63,022 bases of DNA from Kofleriaceae bacterium (GCA_046597055.1 JBKJLC010000191.1:1-63022), one strand, 5' to 3'; positions 40,811 to 55,100 are shown, counted from the first letter of the stretch. Translations and numbers: made by a program. Notes: generated by a model from the sequence alone, not told the origin.

Positions 40811-41215
40811 ATGGCTGCTGCGGAGAAGGTTTTCAAGGCTGGCATCAAGCGCGACAACGACATGATGTACTACATCAAGACTGGCGACGTCTGGGCAGTC
40901 CCGCGCAAGAAGCCCGGCGAGGCCAAGGGCAAGGCGACCAAGGTCGTCACTGCCGGCATCCAGATGGACTACTCGAAGTATCTCTACTTCCTCGACGGTG
41001 ACGGCGACGTCGCTCGCAAGGAGCGTCAGGTCGGCGGCAGCAAGCGCAAGAAGGCGGCCCCCGCGAAGAAGGCGGCGGCCCCCGCGAAGAAGGCGGCGGC
41101 CCCCGCGAAGAAGGCGGCTCCCGCGAAGAAGGCGGCCCCGGCCAAGAAGGCGGCCCCCGCGAAGAAGGCGGCCCCGGCCAAGAAGGCGGCCCCCGCGAAG
41201 AAGAAGAAGAAGTGA
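40811..41215 (+). CDS. Small basic histone H1-like protein: duplicated N-terminal module plus 8 PAKK repeats
   Basis: GGGAGG SD; KVFKAGIKR..MYYI..GDVWA and KVVTAGIQM..LYFLDGDGDVAR internal repeat; (A)AAPAKK x8. Confidence 0.85.
   Translation: MAAAEKVFKAGIKRDNDMMYYIKTGDVWAVPRKKPGEAKGKATKVVTAGIQMDYSKYLYFLDGDGDVARKERQVGGSKRKKAAPAKKAAAPAKKAAAPAKKAAPAKKAAPAKKAAPAKKAAPAKKAAPAKKKKK
41047..41212 (+). repeat. Coding tandem repeat (18/21-bp units encoding KKA(A)APA)
   Basis: AAGAAGGCGGC(GGC)CCCCGCG-type units repeated in frame. Confidence 0.9.
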
Positions 41216-41220
41216 TCCGA

Positions 41221-41248
41221 CGGCCGATCGTTCGATCGGCCGGCGTTT
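41221..41248 (+). terminator. Hairpin after the histone-like gene
   Basis: CGGCCGATCG-TT-CGATCGGCCG followed by GCGTTT. Confidence 0.55.
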
Positions 41249-41387
41249 CGATTCTGGCGAGCGGCGCTACCGACGGTGGCGCCGTTCTGTCGTTTCGGCA
41301 GTGCCATCGCGTGCCGCACGGAATCGCCGGGCCTTCGCTTGCGGAGCGCGCGCCGGGGGCGCTAACCTCGCGACGGAGGACGGGAAA

Positions 41388-42311
41388 ATGCTCCTGCTGC
41401 GAAGCCTTCGCTTGAGTCTGGCCGTGCTGACCGGCGCTGTCGTTGCTGTCTATCCGGTACTGGACGACGCGAGCGCGTGGGCGCAGGACGACGACGAAGA
41501 AGAGGGCGATGGCGAGGGCGGCGGGGACGATGGCGAGGGCGGCGAAGACGAGGCGGAGGAAGACGAGGACGAGGAGGATGATCCCGATCAGCCTCCCGTC
41601 ACCGCCGGTGGCCTCTACACGATCAAGACGTACCCGCAGGGCGAGATCCAGCGGCCGCTGACGCTCACCAAGGGCCTCACCGAGCTCAAGGCCGGCGTCG
41701 GCTTCGACATCAGCAACAAGACCGCGTTCGAGACGTTCGGGCTCTCGTTCGACGGCCGCTACGGCTACCAGGACAACGTCGAGCTGCAGGCGGGGTTCTC
41801 GGGCATCAAGAACTTTGACGTGATCAACGCCTATGCGGCGTTCGAGGGCTCGATCGTCTACGACCTGGTCGACTTCCGGGCGGGTTTCCAGGTCGACCAC
41901 GTGCCGGGAACGACGCAGGTCGGCATCCCGATCGGCTTCCCGTTTCGCTACGCGCCCAAGCCACAGGTGGCGGTGGTCGCGCTCGAGACCGCGTTCGAGA
42001 TCCAGTTCGACGGCAAGCCCGACGCGACGCCCAACATCGGCATCGTCGTGCAGCCAGTCCCGATCGTGGCGATCCTGGTCAAGGCCGGTATGCGCGTCAT
42101 CGACTTCGACTTCTCGAACGCGTCGAAGGTCAGCATCCCGGCCTCGTTTGCGATCCAGCTCTCGCCAAACAACAAGATCGACGCCGGCATGGAGTTCCGG
42201 TTCCCCAATCTCAAGCCGGCCGCTACGACGGATCCCGTGACGATGATGGAGGTGACGCCGAACTTCTACGACGATCGCTTCCTGCTCTTCTTCGGCCAGA
42301 TTCGTATCTAG
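41388..42311 (+). CDS. Putative outer-membrane beta-barrel protein with a highly acidic N-terminal segment
   Basis: GGAGG SD, signal peptide ending AWA-Q, D/E-rich tract, RPLTL motif, amphipathic strands. Confidence 0.7.
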   Translation: MLLLRSLRLSLAVLTGAVVAVYPVLDDASAWAQDDDEEEGDGEGGGDDGEGGEDEAEEDEDEEDDPDQPPVTAGGLYTIKTYPQGEIQRPLTLTKGLTELKAGVGFDISNKTAFETFGLSFDGRYGYQDNVELQAGFSGIKNFDVINAYAAFEGSIVYDLVDFRAGFQVDHVPGTTQVGIPIGFPFRYAPKPQVAVVALETAFEIQFDGKPDATPNIGIVVQPVPIVAILVKAGMRVIDFDFSNASKVSIPASFAIQLSPNNKIDAGMEFRFPNLKPAATTDPVTMMEVTPNFYDDRFLLFFGQIRI

Positions 42312-42319
42312 GAGCCAAG

Positions 42320-43564
<1,245 letters not shown>

Positions 43565-43648
43565 GGTCGCCGGGCGGCAGCCGGCCCGGGGCCGTAACCA
43601 ACGGCACGCGCCGGCACATTCGTCACCGCGCCCGGGGTAGGAAGTGGC

Positions 43649-45697
43649 ATGAAGTCCGTGACGTTCGCCCTGTCCGCGGCCCTGGCCGCGGCCTGTTCCT
43701 CACCGTCCCGCGGCCCGACGCCGCCGGTCGAGCCGGGCGCCGGCACCGGCGCTGCCACCGGGCCCGGATCGCCGGGCGCGGCGACCTACGATCGGATCGC
43801 GCGCCTCGATTTCAACCGGCGCGCGGCCGAGCTGGCGCTGCCGCTGTTCTGGCGGAGCGACGCCGACGGGGATGGCGCGCTCGATCCGGACGAGCTGGTG
43901 CGGCTGTGGGGCTGGGACGGTCCGGCGCTGGCGACGCTGGTCGCGGGCGGCGCGTTCACGCCCGGGTTCGCCACGCTCTATGCCAGCATCGCCACGCCGA
44001 TCGCGCCCGCGACCCTGGCGGCCCTGCCCGAGGCCGAGCGCGCGCGGATCACTGCGCTGCGCGACGAGCTGGCCCAGGGTCAGCCCACGCTGGTCGAGTC
44101 CGACTTCGCCAAGGGCTCCGCCGAGGACCGCGCGATCGTCGAGCACATCGAGCGAGCCGCGGCGATCGTCGAGCGCCTGTACGCGCGCCAGGGCGGCGTG
44201 CTCGGCATGGACGCCGAGATCGCCGCCGCCGACACCATCAGCAAGATGGTGTTCTTCCGCAACCAGGGTCCCTGGTGCGTCGCGCCCCGCACCGAGAACC
44301 AACCGATCTGCAACGCGCTGCCGGGCCAGCCCAAGCACCTGTCGGGGCTGTACCCGATGGCGCTCCAGGCCGACCCCAAGTTCTGCGAGGTTCTCGCCCG
44401 CCAGAAGAACGGCGCCGCGCTCACCGGCCACTTCTCGGTGGTGGTCGAGGGCAAGACCAAGGGCAGCTACCAGGCGGTGCCTTACGCGGTCGCCTATCGC
44501 GACGACATGGAGGCGGTCGCCAAGGAGCTCGAGGGCGCGGCCAAGGTGATCACCACTGCCGACGAGCAGCCGTTCGCGGCCTATCTCACCGCCGCCGCCG
44601 GCGCGTTCCGCACCAACGACTGGGAGGCGGCCGACGTCGCCTGGCTGGCGATGGGCAATGCCGGCTCGCGCTGGTATCTGCGCATCGGGCCCGACGAGGT
44701 CTATCACGATCCGTGCGCGCTCAAGGCCGGCTTCCACGTCACCTTCGCCCGCATCGATCAGAGCTCGACGACGTGGCGGCAGCGGCTCGAGCCGGTCAAG
44801 GGCGAGATGGAGGCGGCGCTGGCCAAGCTGGCCGGCGCGCCGTACCGCGCGCGCGACGTGCAGTTCAAGCTGCCCGACTTCATCGAGATCGTCCTCAACG
44901 CTGGCAACGCGCGTCCGCCGCACGGCGCCACCATCGGGCAGTCGCTCCCGAACTGGGGCAAGGTCGCCGACGCCGGCGGGCGCACCGTCGCGATGACCAA
45001 CCTCTATCGCGACGCCGACAGCGACGCGATCTTCCTGGCCCAGACTGCGGCGCTGTTCTGCCCGGCGACCCAGGGCCTGGTGTCGGCCGACCCCGCGCCC
45101 GGCCTGATGAGCACGGTCCTGCACGAGGCCGCGCACAACCTCGGCCCGGCCCATGACTACCAGGTGAAGGGCAAGACCGACGACGCCGCCTTCGGGGGCC
45201 CGCTCGCCTCGATGATGGAGGAGCTCAAGGCCCAGACCGCGGCGCTCTACTTCGCCGAGTGGCTGGTCGGCAAGGGCCTGATCGCGCGCGCCGATGCCGA
45301 CGCCGCCCACGTCCGCGACGTCGCCTGGGCGTTCGGCCACGTGGCGCGCGGCATGTACACCGGCAGCGGCGCGCCCAAGGCGTACTCGCAGCTCGCCGCC
45401 ATCCAGCTCGGCACGCTGCACGCGGCCGGCGTGCTCACCTGGCGCGCCGACGTCACCGCCGCCAACGGCACCGACCGCGGCTGCTTCGACGTCGACCTGA
45501 AGACCTGGGCGCCGGCAGTCGACAAGCTCGCGGTCCGGGTGCTGCGGGCCAAGGCGCGCGCCGACAAGCAGGACGCCCTCGCGATGAAGGCCGCCTACGT
45601 CGACGACAAGGGCGCGTGGGCCGCGCTGCGCGGCACGATCGCCGAGCGCTGGCTGCGCGCGCCCCGCGCCAGCTTCGTGTACGCGATCCGGCGTTAG
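43649..45697 (+). CDS. Lipoprotein zinc peptidase, M49 (DPP III-like)
   Basis: AAAC lipobox; IGPDEVY.D...K..F, TIGQSLPN, LHEAAHNLGP, MEELKA. Confidence 0.7.
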   Translation: MKSVTFALSAALAAACSSPSRGPTPPVEPGAGTGAATGPGSPGAATYDRIARLDFNRRAAELALPLFWRSDADGDGALDPDELVRLWGWDGPALATLVAGGAFTPGFATLYASIATPIAPATLAALPEAERARITALRDELAQGQPTLVESDFAKGSAEDRAIVEHIERAAAIVERLYARQGGVLGMDAEIAAADTISKMVFFRNQGPWCVAPRTENQPICNALPGQPKHLSGLYPMALQADPKFCEVLARQKNGAALTGHFSVVVEGKTKGSYQAVPYAVAYRDDMEAVAKELEGAAKVITTADEQPFAAYLTAAAGAFRTNDWEAADVAWLAMGNAGSRWYLRIGPDEVYHDPCALKAGFHVTFARIDQSSTTWRQRLEPVKGEMEAALAKLAGAPYRARDVQFKLPDFIEIVLNAGNARPPHGATIGQSLPNWGKVADAGGRTVAMTNLYRDADSDAIFLAQTAALFCPATQGLVSADPAPGLMSTVLHEAAHNLGPAHDYQVKGKTDDAAFGGPLASMMEELKAQTAALYFAEWLVGKGLIARADADAAHVRDVAWAFGHVARGMYTGSGAPKAYSQLAAIQLGTLHAAGVLTWRADVTAANGTDRGCFDVDLKTWAPAVDKLAVRVLRAKARADKQDALAMKAAYVDDKGAWAALRGTIAERWLRAPRASFVYAIRR

Positions 45698-45702
45698 CCG
45701 GG

Positions 45703-47445
45703 TCAGCGGCGGATGACCGGCAGGTAGCGCGGGCGCCAGGCGTGGCTGGCGGCGAGCTCGGCGGCGGGACGGCCGTCGAGCGCGGGGTCCGCGACGCCTT
45801 CGCGGATCGCGGCCTCGATCACGGCGAGGGCGACCGCGCGCGACACCGCCGGCAGCTCGTCGACCGGCGGGAACAGCGCGTCGGGGTGGTGGGCCGCGGT
45901 GTGGTCGGCGACCGCGCGCGCGGCTGCCATCACCATGCCGTCGGTGACCCGGGTCGCGCCGCAGGCGATCGCGCCGGCGCCCAGGCCGGGAAACACGAAC
46001 GCGTTGTTGCCCTGCGGGATCCGGCGCAGGCCGGTCGGCAGCTCGACCGCGGCGAACGGGGACCCGGTCGCGACCAGCGCGCGGCCGTCGGACCAGCGCA
46101 GCACGTCGTCGGGGATCGCCTCGCACGACGAGGTCGGGTTCGACAGCGGGAAGACGATCGGCGTCGCGGTGTTGCGGCCGAGCGCGCGCACCACCAGCTC
46201 GGTGAACGCGCCCGGCATGCCCGACAGGCCGAGCAGCGCGGTCGCGCCGCTGTGCTCGATCGTCGACAGCAGATCGGGGGCGGTGCCGACGCCCCAGGCC
46301 GCGATGCGCTCGGCCGGCTGGGCGAACCGGCGCTTGTAGTCGTCGAGCGGGCGGTCGTCGACCATCAGGCCGCGCGAGTCGAGGACGAAGATGCGCGCGC
46401 GGGCCTGATCGAAGGTCAGGCCGTCGGCGACCAGCCCGCGGGCGATCATCTCGGTGACGCCGATGCCGCCGGCGCCGGCGCCGTGGAGCACGAAGATCTG
46501 CTCGCGCAGCGGGCGTCCGATCAGGCGCGCCGCCGACAAGAGGCCAGCCAGCGCGACCGCGCCGGTGCCCTGGACGTCGTCGTTGAACGACGGGTGCCGG
46601 CCGCGATAGCGCTCGAGCACGGTGAACGCGGTGTCCTTGGCGAGGTCCTCCCACTGGATGACCGCGCGCGGCCAGCGCCGGGCCACCGCCTCGACGAACC
46701 GGTCGCAAAAGGCGATGTACTCGCTGCCGCGCAGGCGGCGGCGGCGGGTGCCCAGGTAGAGCGGATCGGCGAGCAGGTCCTCCCGGTCGGTGCCGACATC
46801 GAGCGCGACCGGCATGGTGTGGAACGGCGACACCCCACCGGCGGCGGTGTAGAGCGCGAGCTTGCCGATCGGGATGGCCAGGCCGCCCCAGCCCTGGTCG
46901 CCGATGCCGAGGATCGCCGACGAGTCGGTCGCGACGATCATGCGGACGTCGGCCAGCGGGTAGGCGGCCAGGATGTCGTCGATCCGATCGAGGTTTTCGG
47001 GCGAGATCGAGAGGCCGCGCGGGTTCTGGTACAGCGCGCTGAACTTCTGGACCGCCTCGCCGACCGTCGGGGTGTAGACGATCGGCAGCATCTCCTCGAG
47101 GTGCCGCTCGAGCAGCGCGTAGAACAGGATCTCCTGGCGCTCCTGCAGGCCGCGCAGGAACTGGTACTTGGCGAGCGGATTGGGCTCGGCCGCGTAGCCG
47201 CGGTAGACGCGCGCGACCTGGGTCTCGAGGTCGTTGACCTGCGGCGGCAGCAGGCCGTCGAGGTGGAGCGCGGCGCGCTCCTCGCGGCTGAACGCGGTGC
47301 CCTTGTTGATGAGCACCAGGCGCAGGAGCGCGATGCCGTCGACCGCGACCACCATGCGGTCGACGCCGTCGGGGCCGGTCACGATGTCGAAGAACGGCGA
47401 CAGCGGCTCACGGCCGGAGAGTTCGAGATTGCGCGCGGGTTTCAT
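45703..47445 (-). CDS. maeA: NAD-dependent malic enzyme
   Basis: NKGTAFS, LPIVYTPTVGEA, TDSSAILGIGDQG, FNDDVQGTG, GAGAGGIG, LSNPTS, QGNNAFVFPGLG. Confidence 0.93.
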   Translation of the reverse strand: MKPARNLELSGREPLSPFFDIVTGPDGVDRMVVAVDGIALLRLVLINKGTAFSREERAALHLDGLLPPQVNDLETQVARVYRGYAAEPNPLAKYQFLRGLQERQEILFYALLERHLEEMLPIVYTPTVGEAVQKFSALYQNPRGLSISPENLDRIDDILAAYPLADVRMIVATDSSAILGIGDQGWGGLAIPIGKLALYTAAGGVSPFHTMPVALDVGTDREDLLADPLYLGTRRRRLRGSEYIAFCDRFVEAVARRWPRAVIQWEDLAKDTAFTVLERYRGRHPSFNDDVQGTGAVALAGLLSAARLIGRPLREQIFVLHGAGAGGIGVTEMIARGLVADGLTFDQARARIFVLDSRGLMVDDRPLDDYKRRFAQPAERIAAWGVGTAPDLLSTIEHSGATALLGLSGMPGAFTELVVRALGRNTATPIVFPLSNPTSSCEAIPDDVLRWSDGRALVATGSPFAAVELPTGLRRIPQGNNAFVFPGLGAGAIACGATRVTDGMVMAAARAVADHTAAHHPDALFPPVDELPAVSRAVALAVIEAAIREGVADPALDGRPAAELAASHAWRPRYLPVIRR

Positions 47446-48549
47446 GAGGTCCTGAAGCTGAAGCTAGGCGGTAAGGAGGCGGCTCAGAACGCGCGGTGAA
47501 AGACCGCGGAGGCGTCGGTCTCTTCGATCCGCTCGCGGATCGCGGCGCCCATGGCGTGGGTGGAGTGGGTGCCACCGACGTCGGCGGTGCGGATGCCCTC
47601 CCGCAGGGCGTCCTCGACCGCGCGCTCGATCGCCGCGGCCTCGCGCTCGAGGCCGAACGAGTAGCGGCACATCATCGCGACCGACAGGATGGTGCCGACC
47701 GGGTTGGCGATCGACTGGCCCGCGATGTCGGGCGCGGAGCCGTGGATCGGCTCGTACAGGCCGCGCGGGCCGTCGCCGAGCGACGCCGACGGCAACAGCC
47801 CGATCGAGCCGGCCAGGACCGCGGCCTCGTCGGTGAGGATGTCGCCGAACATGTTCTCGGTGACGATCACGTCGAACTGCGACGGGTGCGTGATGAGCCG
47901 CATCGCGGCGGCGTCGACCAGCAGGTTGTCGAGCCGGATGCGCGGGTGATGCTCGGCGACCTCGCCGGCCACCTGGCGCCACAGCCGCGACGACTCGAGC
48001 ACGTTGGCCTTGTCGATCGAGGTCACCTTGCAGCGCCGACGGGCGGCCAGCCGGAACGCCAGCGAGACGACCCGCTCGATCTCCTTCTCGGTGTAGATGA
48101 GGGTGTCCACCGCGCGTCGGCCCTCGCTGTCGATCGAGCGCGCCTTGGGCTGGCCGAAGTAGAGGCCGCCGGTGAGCTCGCGGATGACCAGCATGTCGAC
48201 GCCGACCAGCTTCTCTGGGCGCAGGCTCGACCGATCCTTCAGGCACGGATAGGGCGACACCGGGCGCAGGTTGGCCCACAGGCCCAGCCCGGCGCGCAGC
48301 GCGAGCAGGCCCTGCTCGGGGCGGACGGTCGCCTGCGGGTCGTCCCACTTGGGGCCACCGACCGCGCCCAGCAGCACCGCGTCGGACTTCGCGCAGACCG
48401 CGAGCGTGTCGGACGGCAGCGCGGTGCCGTGCGTGTCGATCGCGATGCCGCCGATCGGGTGCTCGGTCATCGTGAAGCGGTGGCCGAACCGGGTGGCCAC
48501 GATCTCGACCGTCCGCCGGGCCTCCTCGAGGACCTCGGGACCGATGCCG

Positions 48550-50291
<1,742 letters not shown>

Positions 50292-50295
<4 letters not shown>

Positions 50296-50876
50296 CGCGC
50301 ATCCTTGGCGCGCTCGTGCGCCTCGATCGCCGGCAAGTGGCCGAGCAGGTAGCCGAGCTCGTCCACGCCCTCGAGCAGGCACTGCCGCGCGAACGGATCG
50401 ATCGCGAAGCTCGCGCGCACGCCGGGCGCGGTCAGCTCCTGGGCGACCAGGTCGATCGACAGCGGCGTGGCCGGGTCGGCGGCCAGCACCGCGACCAGCG
50501 CCGCGTGGCTGGCGTCGTCGAGCGCGACCGGCAACAGGCCGTTCTTGGTCGCGTTCTGCTTGAAGATGTCGGCGAACGAGCGGGCCACCACCGCCCGGAA
50601 GCCGGCGGCGGCCAGCGCCCACGGCGCGTGCTCGCGCGACGAGCCGCAGCCGAAGTTCTTCCCGGCGACCAGGATCTGGGCGCCGGCCGCCTCGGGACGA
50701 TCGAGCGGGAAGTCGGCGCCGTATGCCTGCTTGAAGTCGGCGAACAGCGCGCTGCCGAGGCCGAGCTTGTCGGTGACCTTGAGGAAGCGCGCCGGCACGA
50801 TCTGGTCGGTGTCGACGTCGTTGGCGAGCAGGACCACCGCGCGCGCGGACAGCTGGGTGAAGCGGGGCGGGGTCAT
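50292..50876 (-). CDS. leuD: 3-isopropylmalate dehydratase small subunit
   Basis: NDVDTDQIVPARFL, NFGCGSSREHAPWAL, SFADIF..N..KNGLLP. Confidence 0.96.
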
Positions 50877-50932
50877 GCGGCCTCTCGGTTCAGGACGAGC
50901 TCGGGTTGCATCCCGGGGCAGAAGGCGGTCAT
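50873..50932 (-). CDS. 19-aa mini-ORF ([19 protein letters not shown]) bridging leuC and leuD
   Basis: ATGA overlaps at both ends; flanked by a 14-bp direct repeat GAGGCCGCATGACC (minus strand). Confidence 0.45.
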   Translation of the reverse strand: MTAFCPGMQPELVLNREAA

Positions 50933-52377
50933 GCGGCCTCCCCGTAGGGATCGAACAGCTCGCGCGGATCGGTGACGACGCCGGTCACGGCCGCGGCGGC
51001 AGCCGACAGCGGCGAGGCCAGCAGGGTGCGACCGCCGGGGCCCTGACGTCCCTCGAAGTTGCGGTTCGAGGTCGAGATCGCGAGCTGGCCCGGCTTGAGC
51101 TGGTCGCCGTTCATGGCGATGCACATCGAGCAGCCCGGGGTGCGCCACTCGGCGCCGGCGGCCAGGAACACCTGGTCGAGCCCCTCGGCCTCGGCAGCGC
51201 GGGCGACCGCCTGCGAGCCAGGGACGATCAGCGCGCGCACGCCCGGCGCGACCTTGCGGCCGCGCATGATCTGGGCGGCGGTCCGGAGATCGGACAGCCG
51301 ACCGTTGGTGCACGAGCCCACGAACACCACGTCGACCGCGCGCCCGGCCAGCGGCTTGCCCGGCTCGAGCGCCATGTAGTCGAGCGCCCGGCGCAGCGCA
51401 GCCCGCTCGTCGGCATCGGCGAGATCGCCGGGGTCCGGGATCGGCGCGGCGATCGCGCCGCCCATGCCGGGGTTGGTGCCGAACGTGATCATCGGCTCGA
51501 GGCTGGCGGCGTCGAGGGTGACGGTGCGATCGAAGCGCGCGCCCGGATCGGTGGTCAGCGCCTGCCAGCGGGCGACCGCGCGGTCCCAGGCCGCGCCACC
51601 GGGCACGTGGGGCCGGCCCTGCAGGTACGCGAAGGTGGTCTCGTCGGGCGCGATCATGCCGGCCCGGGCGCCGGCCTCGATCGACATGTTGCAGACCGTC
51701 ATCCGGCCTTCCATGCCGAGCGCGCGGATGCCGGGACCGGCGTACTCGATCACGAACCCGGTGGCGCCGCCGGCGCCGACCTGGGCGATGAACGCCAGCA
51801 CCAGGTCCTTGGCGGTCACGCCGTGGCGCAGGCGACCGTCGACCCGCACCTCGAGCGTGCGCGGCGGCCGCTGCAGCAGGCACTGGGTGGCGAGCACGTG
51901 CTCGACCTCCGAGGTGCCGATGCCGAACGCCAGCGCGCCGAACGCGCCGTGGGTCGACGTGTGGCTGTCGCCGCACACGATCGTCATGCCCGGGTGGGTG
52001 AAGCCGAGCTCGGGCCCGATCACGTGGACGATGCCCTGGTCAGGCGAGTCCATGCCGAACAGGCGGATGCCGTGCTCGGCGCAGTTGGTGGCCAGCTGGT
52101 CGAGCTGGGTCCGCGCCTGCGAGTCGACCACCGCAAGCGAGCCGCGGGCGCCGCCGGCGAGCGCGGTCGGGACCGAGTGATCCATGGTCGCGACCGTGCG
52201 ATCAGGCCGGCGCACCTTCAGCCCGCGCGTGCGCAGCCCGGTGAAGGCCTGGGGCGAGGTGACCTCGTGGACCAGGTGCAGATCGATCGACAGGATGGTC
52301 GGGGCGTCGTCGCTGGCGACGACCACGTGGTCGTCCCAGACCTTCTCGATCACCGTGCGTGGGGTGTAGCCGGTCAT
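50929..52377 (-). CDS. leuC: 3-isopropylmalate dehydratase large subunit
   Basis: [63 protein letters not shown]. Confidence 0.96.
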   Translation of the reverse strand: MTGYTPRTVIEKVWDDHVVVASDDAPTILSIDLHLVHEVTSPQAFTGLRTRGLKVRRPDRTVATMDHSVPTALAGGARGSLAVVDSQARTQLDQLATNCAEHGIRLFGMDSPDQGIVHVIGPELGFTHPGMTIVCGDSHTSTHGAFGALAFGIGTSEVEHVLATQCLLQRPPRTLEVRVDGRLRHGVTAKDLVLAFIAQVGAGGATGFVIEYAGPGIRALGMEGRMTVCNMSIEAGARAGMIAPDETTFAYLQGRPHVPGGAAWDRAVARWQALTTDPGARFDRTVTLDAASLEPMITFGTNPGMGGAIAAPIPDPGDLADADERAALRRALDYMALEPGKPLAGRAVDVVFVGSCTNGRLSDLRTAAQIMRGRKVAPGVRALIVPGSQAVARAAEAEGLDQVFLAAGAEWRTPGCSMCIAMNGDQLKPGQLAISTSNRNFEGRQGPGGRTLLASPLSAAAAAVTGVVTDPRELFDPYGEAA

Positions 52378-53999
52378 GCCGCGTCTCCCGGCTGCTGCTG
52401 GGCCGCCGCGACCGCGACCGGCGGCAGCGTCATCGGGGTGGCCGCGAGGCGACGGGCGACCACGTGGTTCAGCGCGCCCAGGTAGGCCTTGGCGCTGGCG
52501 ACCACGATGTCGGTGTCGGCGCCGTGGCCGTGGGTGGCGCGCTCGTCGCCGCTCTGCACCCGCACCGAGACCTCGCCGAGCGCGTCGATGCCTTCGGTGA
52601 CGCCGTTGACCATGAACTCGAGCAGCTCGACCGAGGTGCCGACGATCGCGTCGATCGCCTTGTAGGTCGCGTCGACCGGGCCGGTGCCGACCGCGGCCTG
52701 GACCCGCACCACGCCGTCGGGGCCGCGCAGGCGGACGGTGGCGGTGGCGAGCCCGACCGTGCCGCACGCCACCTGCAGGTCCTCGAGGACGTACAGCTCG
52801 GGCGCCGCGACCCGCTCGCCGGCGGCCAGCGCCAGCAGGTCGGCGTCGTGGACCGCGCGCTTGCGGTCGGCGATCTGCTTGAAGCGCGCGAACGCGCGGA
52901 CCAGCGCGTCGCCCTCGAGCGGCACGCCCAGCGTGACCAGCCGCTCGGCGAACGCGTGGCGGCCGGAGTGCTTGCCGAGCACCAGGTTCGACTGCGGGAC
53001 GCCGACGTCCTCGGGCCGCATGATCTCGTAGGTGCGCTGGTGCTTGAGCACGCCGTCCTGGTGGATGCCGCTCTCGTGGGCGAACGCGTTGCTGCCGACC
53101 ACCGCCTTGTTGGGCGGCACCGGGAAGCTGGTCGCCCGCGAGATCACGCGGCTGATCGCGGTGAGCTGGGTGGTGTCGATGCCGGTGGTGAGGCCGAGCA
53201 CCGGCTCGCGGGTGCGCAGCAGCATCACCAGCTCCTCGAGCGAGGCGTTGCCGGCGCGTTCGCCGATGCCGTTGACCGTGACCTCGGCCTGGCCGGCGCC
53301 GTTGCGCAGGCCGGCCAGCGAGTTGGCGACCGCCAGGCCGAGGTCGTCGTGACAGTGGACCGAGATCGTCACCTCGCGCGCGCCGGGCACGTGGGCGAGG
53401 ATCCCGGCGATCATGGCGCCGAACTCGTCGGGCAGCGTGTAGCCGACGGTGTCGGGGATGTTGAGCACGGTGGCCCCGGCCTCGATCGCGACGGCCAGCA
53501 CCTGGTGCAGGAAGCCGGGATCGCTGCGGCCAGCGTCCTCGGGAGAGAACTCGACCTGCGAGCACAGCGCGCGCGCGTGGGCGACCATCGCCGCGACCTT
53601 GACCAGCACCTCGTCGCGGCTCATCCGCAGCTTGTGCTCGAGGTGCAGGTCGCTGGTGGCCAGGAAGGTGTGGATGCGCGGGCGGGCGGCGCCCTTGATC
53701 GCGCTCCACGCGGCGTCGATGTCGCCGGTGTGGGCGCGGGCCAGGCCCTGGATCACCGGCGGGGTCTCGTCGGCGCGGCCGCGCGCCGGCAGGCGCCCGA
53801 TCTCGTTGGCGATCGCGGCGACCGCGGCGTGGTCGTCGGCCGAGGCGGCCGGAAAGCCGGCCTCGATCACGTCGACGCCCAGGCGCGACAGCGCGCGGGC
53901 GACGTCGAGCTTCTCGACCGACGTCATGCTGGCGCCGGGCGCCTGCTCGCCATCGCGGAGGCTGGTGTCGAGGATCTGGATCCTGCGGGTCGTGGTCAT
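52374..53999 (-). CDS. leuA: 2-isopropylmalate synthase
   Basis: [58 protein letters not shown], regulatory domain GPVDA. Confidence 0.96.
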   Translation of the reverse strand: MTTTRRIQILDTSLRDGEQAPGASMTSVEKLDVARALSRLGVDVIEAGFPAASADDHAAVAAIANEIGRLPARGRADETPPVIQGLARAHTGDIDAAWSAIKGAARPRIHTFLATSDLHLEHKLRMSRDEVLVKVAAMVAHARALCSQVEFSPEDAGRSDPGFLHQVLAVAIEAGATVLNIPDTVGYTLPDEFGAMIAGILAHVPGAREVTISVHCHDDLGLAVANSLAGLRNGAGQAEVTVNGIGERAGNASLEELVMLLRTREPVLGLTTGIDTTQLTAISRVISRATSFPVPPNKAVVGSNAFAHESGIHQDGVLKHQRTYEIMRPEDVGVPQSNLVLGKHSGRHAFAERLVTLGVPLEGDALVRAFARFKQIADRKRAVHDADLLALAAGERVAAPELYVLEDLQVACGTVGLATATVRLRGPDGVVRVQAAVGTGPVDATYKAIDAIVGTSVELLEFMVNGVTEGIDALGEVSVRVQSGDERATHGHGADTDIVVASAKAYLGALNHVVARRLAATPMTLPPVAVAAAQQQPGDAA

Positions 54000-54049
54000 G
54001 GCTCGTTCCCTTCGCTCACTGCTACGCGCTCGACGGTCACCGTCGACGC

Positions 54050-55069
54050 TCAGTCACCGGGCTTGATCGTCACTGCGTCGAGGAAGGGCATCATCGCGCG
54101 CAGCTTGGTGCCGACCTCCTCGAGGGTCTGGGTCCGCTCCTCGGCCTGACGGGCCAGGTACTTCGGCGCGCCCGCCTCGTTCTCCGCGATCCACTCGCGG
54201 GCGAAGGTGCCATCCTGGATCTCGGCGAGGATCTTGCCCATGGCCGCCTTGACCTCGGGGCCGATCACGCGCGGGCCCGACACGTAGTCGCCCCACTCGG
54301 CGGTGGTGCTGACCGAGTACCGCATGTAGTTGAGGCCACCCCGGTACATCAGGTCGACGATCAGCTTCAGCTCGTGGAGGCACTCGAAGTACGCGACCTC
54401 GGGCTGGTAGCCAGCGGCGACCAGGGTCTCGAAGCCGGCGCGGACCAGGTGCGAGGCACCGCCGCACAGGACCGCCTGCTCACCGAACAGATCGGTCTCG
54501 GTCTCCTCGGCGAAGGTGGTCTCGATCAGCCCGGCGCGCAGCGAGCCGAGCGCCTTCGCGTAGCTCATCGCCAGCGGCTTGGCGTTCAGCGAGGCGGTGG
54601 TGTGCACCGCGATCAGCGCGGGCACGCCCTGACCTTCCTTGTAGGTCTCGCGGACCCGGTGGCCGGGCGCCTTCGGCGCGATCAGCGCGACGTCGAGGCC
54701 GGCGGCCGGCGCGATCGTCCCGTAGTGGATGTTGAAGCCGTGGGCGAACATCAACATCTTGTCGGCGCGACCGTCGAAGTGCGGCGCGATCTGCTCGCGC
54801 CACAGCTTGGGCTGCGAGGTGTCGGGCGTGAGCACCATCAGGACGTCGGCCCAGGCGGCGAGCTCGGACACCGCCGCGACCTCGTGGCCGGCGGCCTTGG
54901 CTTTGCCGATGCTCTTCGAGGTCGGCGGCAGGCCGACCCGGACGGTCACGCCCGAGTCGGCGAGGTTGCCGGCGTGGGCGTGGCCCTGCGAGCCGTAGCC
55001 GATGATGCCCACCTTGCGGGCCTGGATGAGCGCGAGGTCTGCGTCGTTGTCGTAATAGAGCGTGGCCAT
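54050..55069 (-). CDS. ilvC: Ketol-acid reductoisomerase
   Basis: [57 protein letters not shown]. Confidence 0.96.
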   Translation of the reverse strand: MATLYYDNDADLALIQARKVGIIGYGSQGHAHAGNLADSGVTVRVGLPPTSKSIGKAKAAGHEVAAVSELAAWADVLMVLTPDTSQPKLWREQIAPHFDGRADKMLMFAHGFNIHYGTIAPAAGLDVALIAPKAPGHRVRETYKEGQGVPALIAVHTTASLNAKPLAMSYAKALGSLRAGLIETTFAEETETDLFGEQAVLCGGASHLVRAGFETLVAAGYQPEVAYFECLHELKLIVDLMYRGGLNYMRYSVSTTAEWGDYVSGPRVIGPEVKAAMGKILAEIQDGTFAREWIAENEAGAPKYLARQAEERTQTLEEVGTKLRAMMPFLDAVTIKPGD

Positions 55070-55100
55070 GAGGATCTCCTGGGAGTGATCAGTGCGGCGA

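Noticed and set aside
41047..41212. Tandem repeats as a possible CRISPR array
   Set aside because: No unique spacers; the units are in-frame codons for AAPAKK; no cas genes in the window.
43601..43618. Sigma54-like CGGCACG..GGCA upstream of the peptidase
   Set aside because: GG-to-GC spacing is off by one and the TT is missing.
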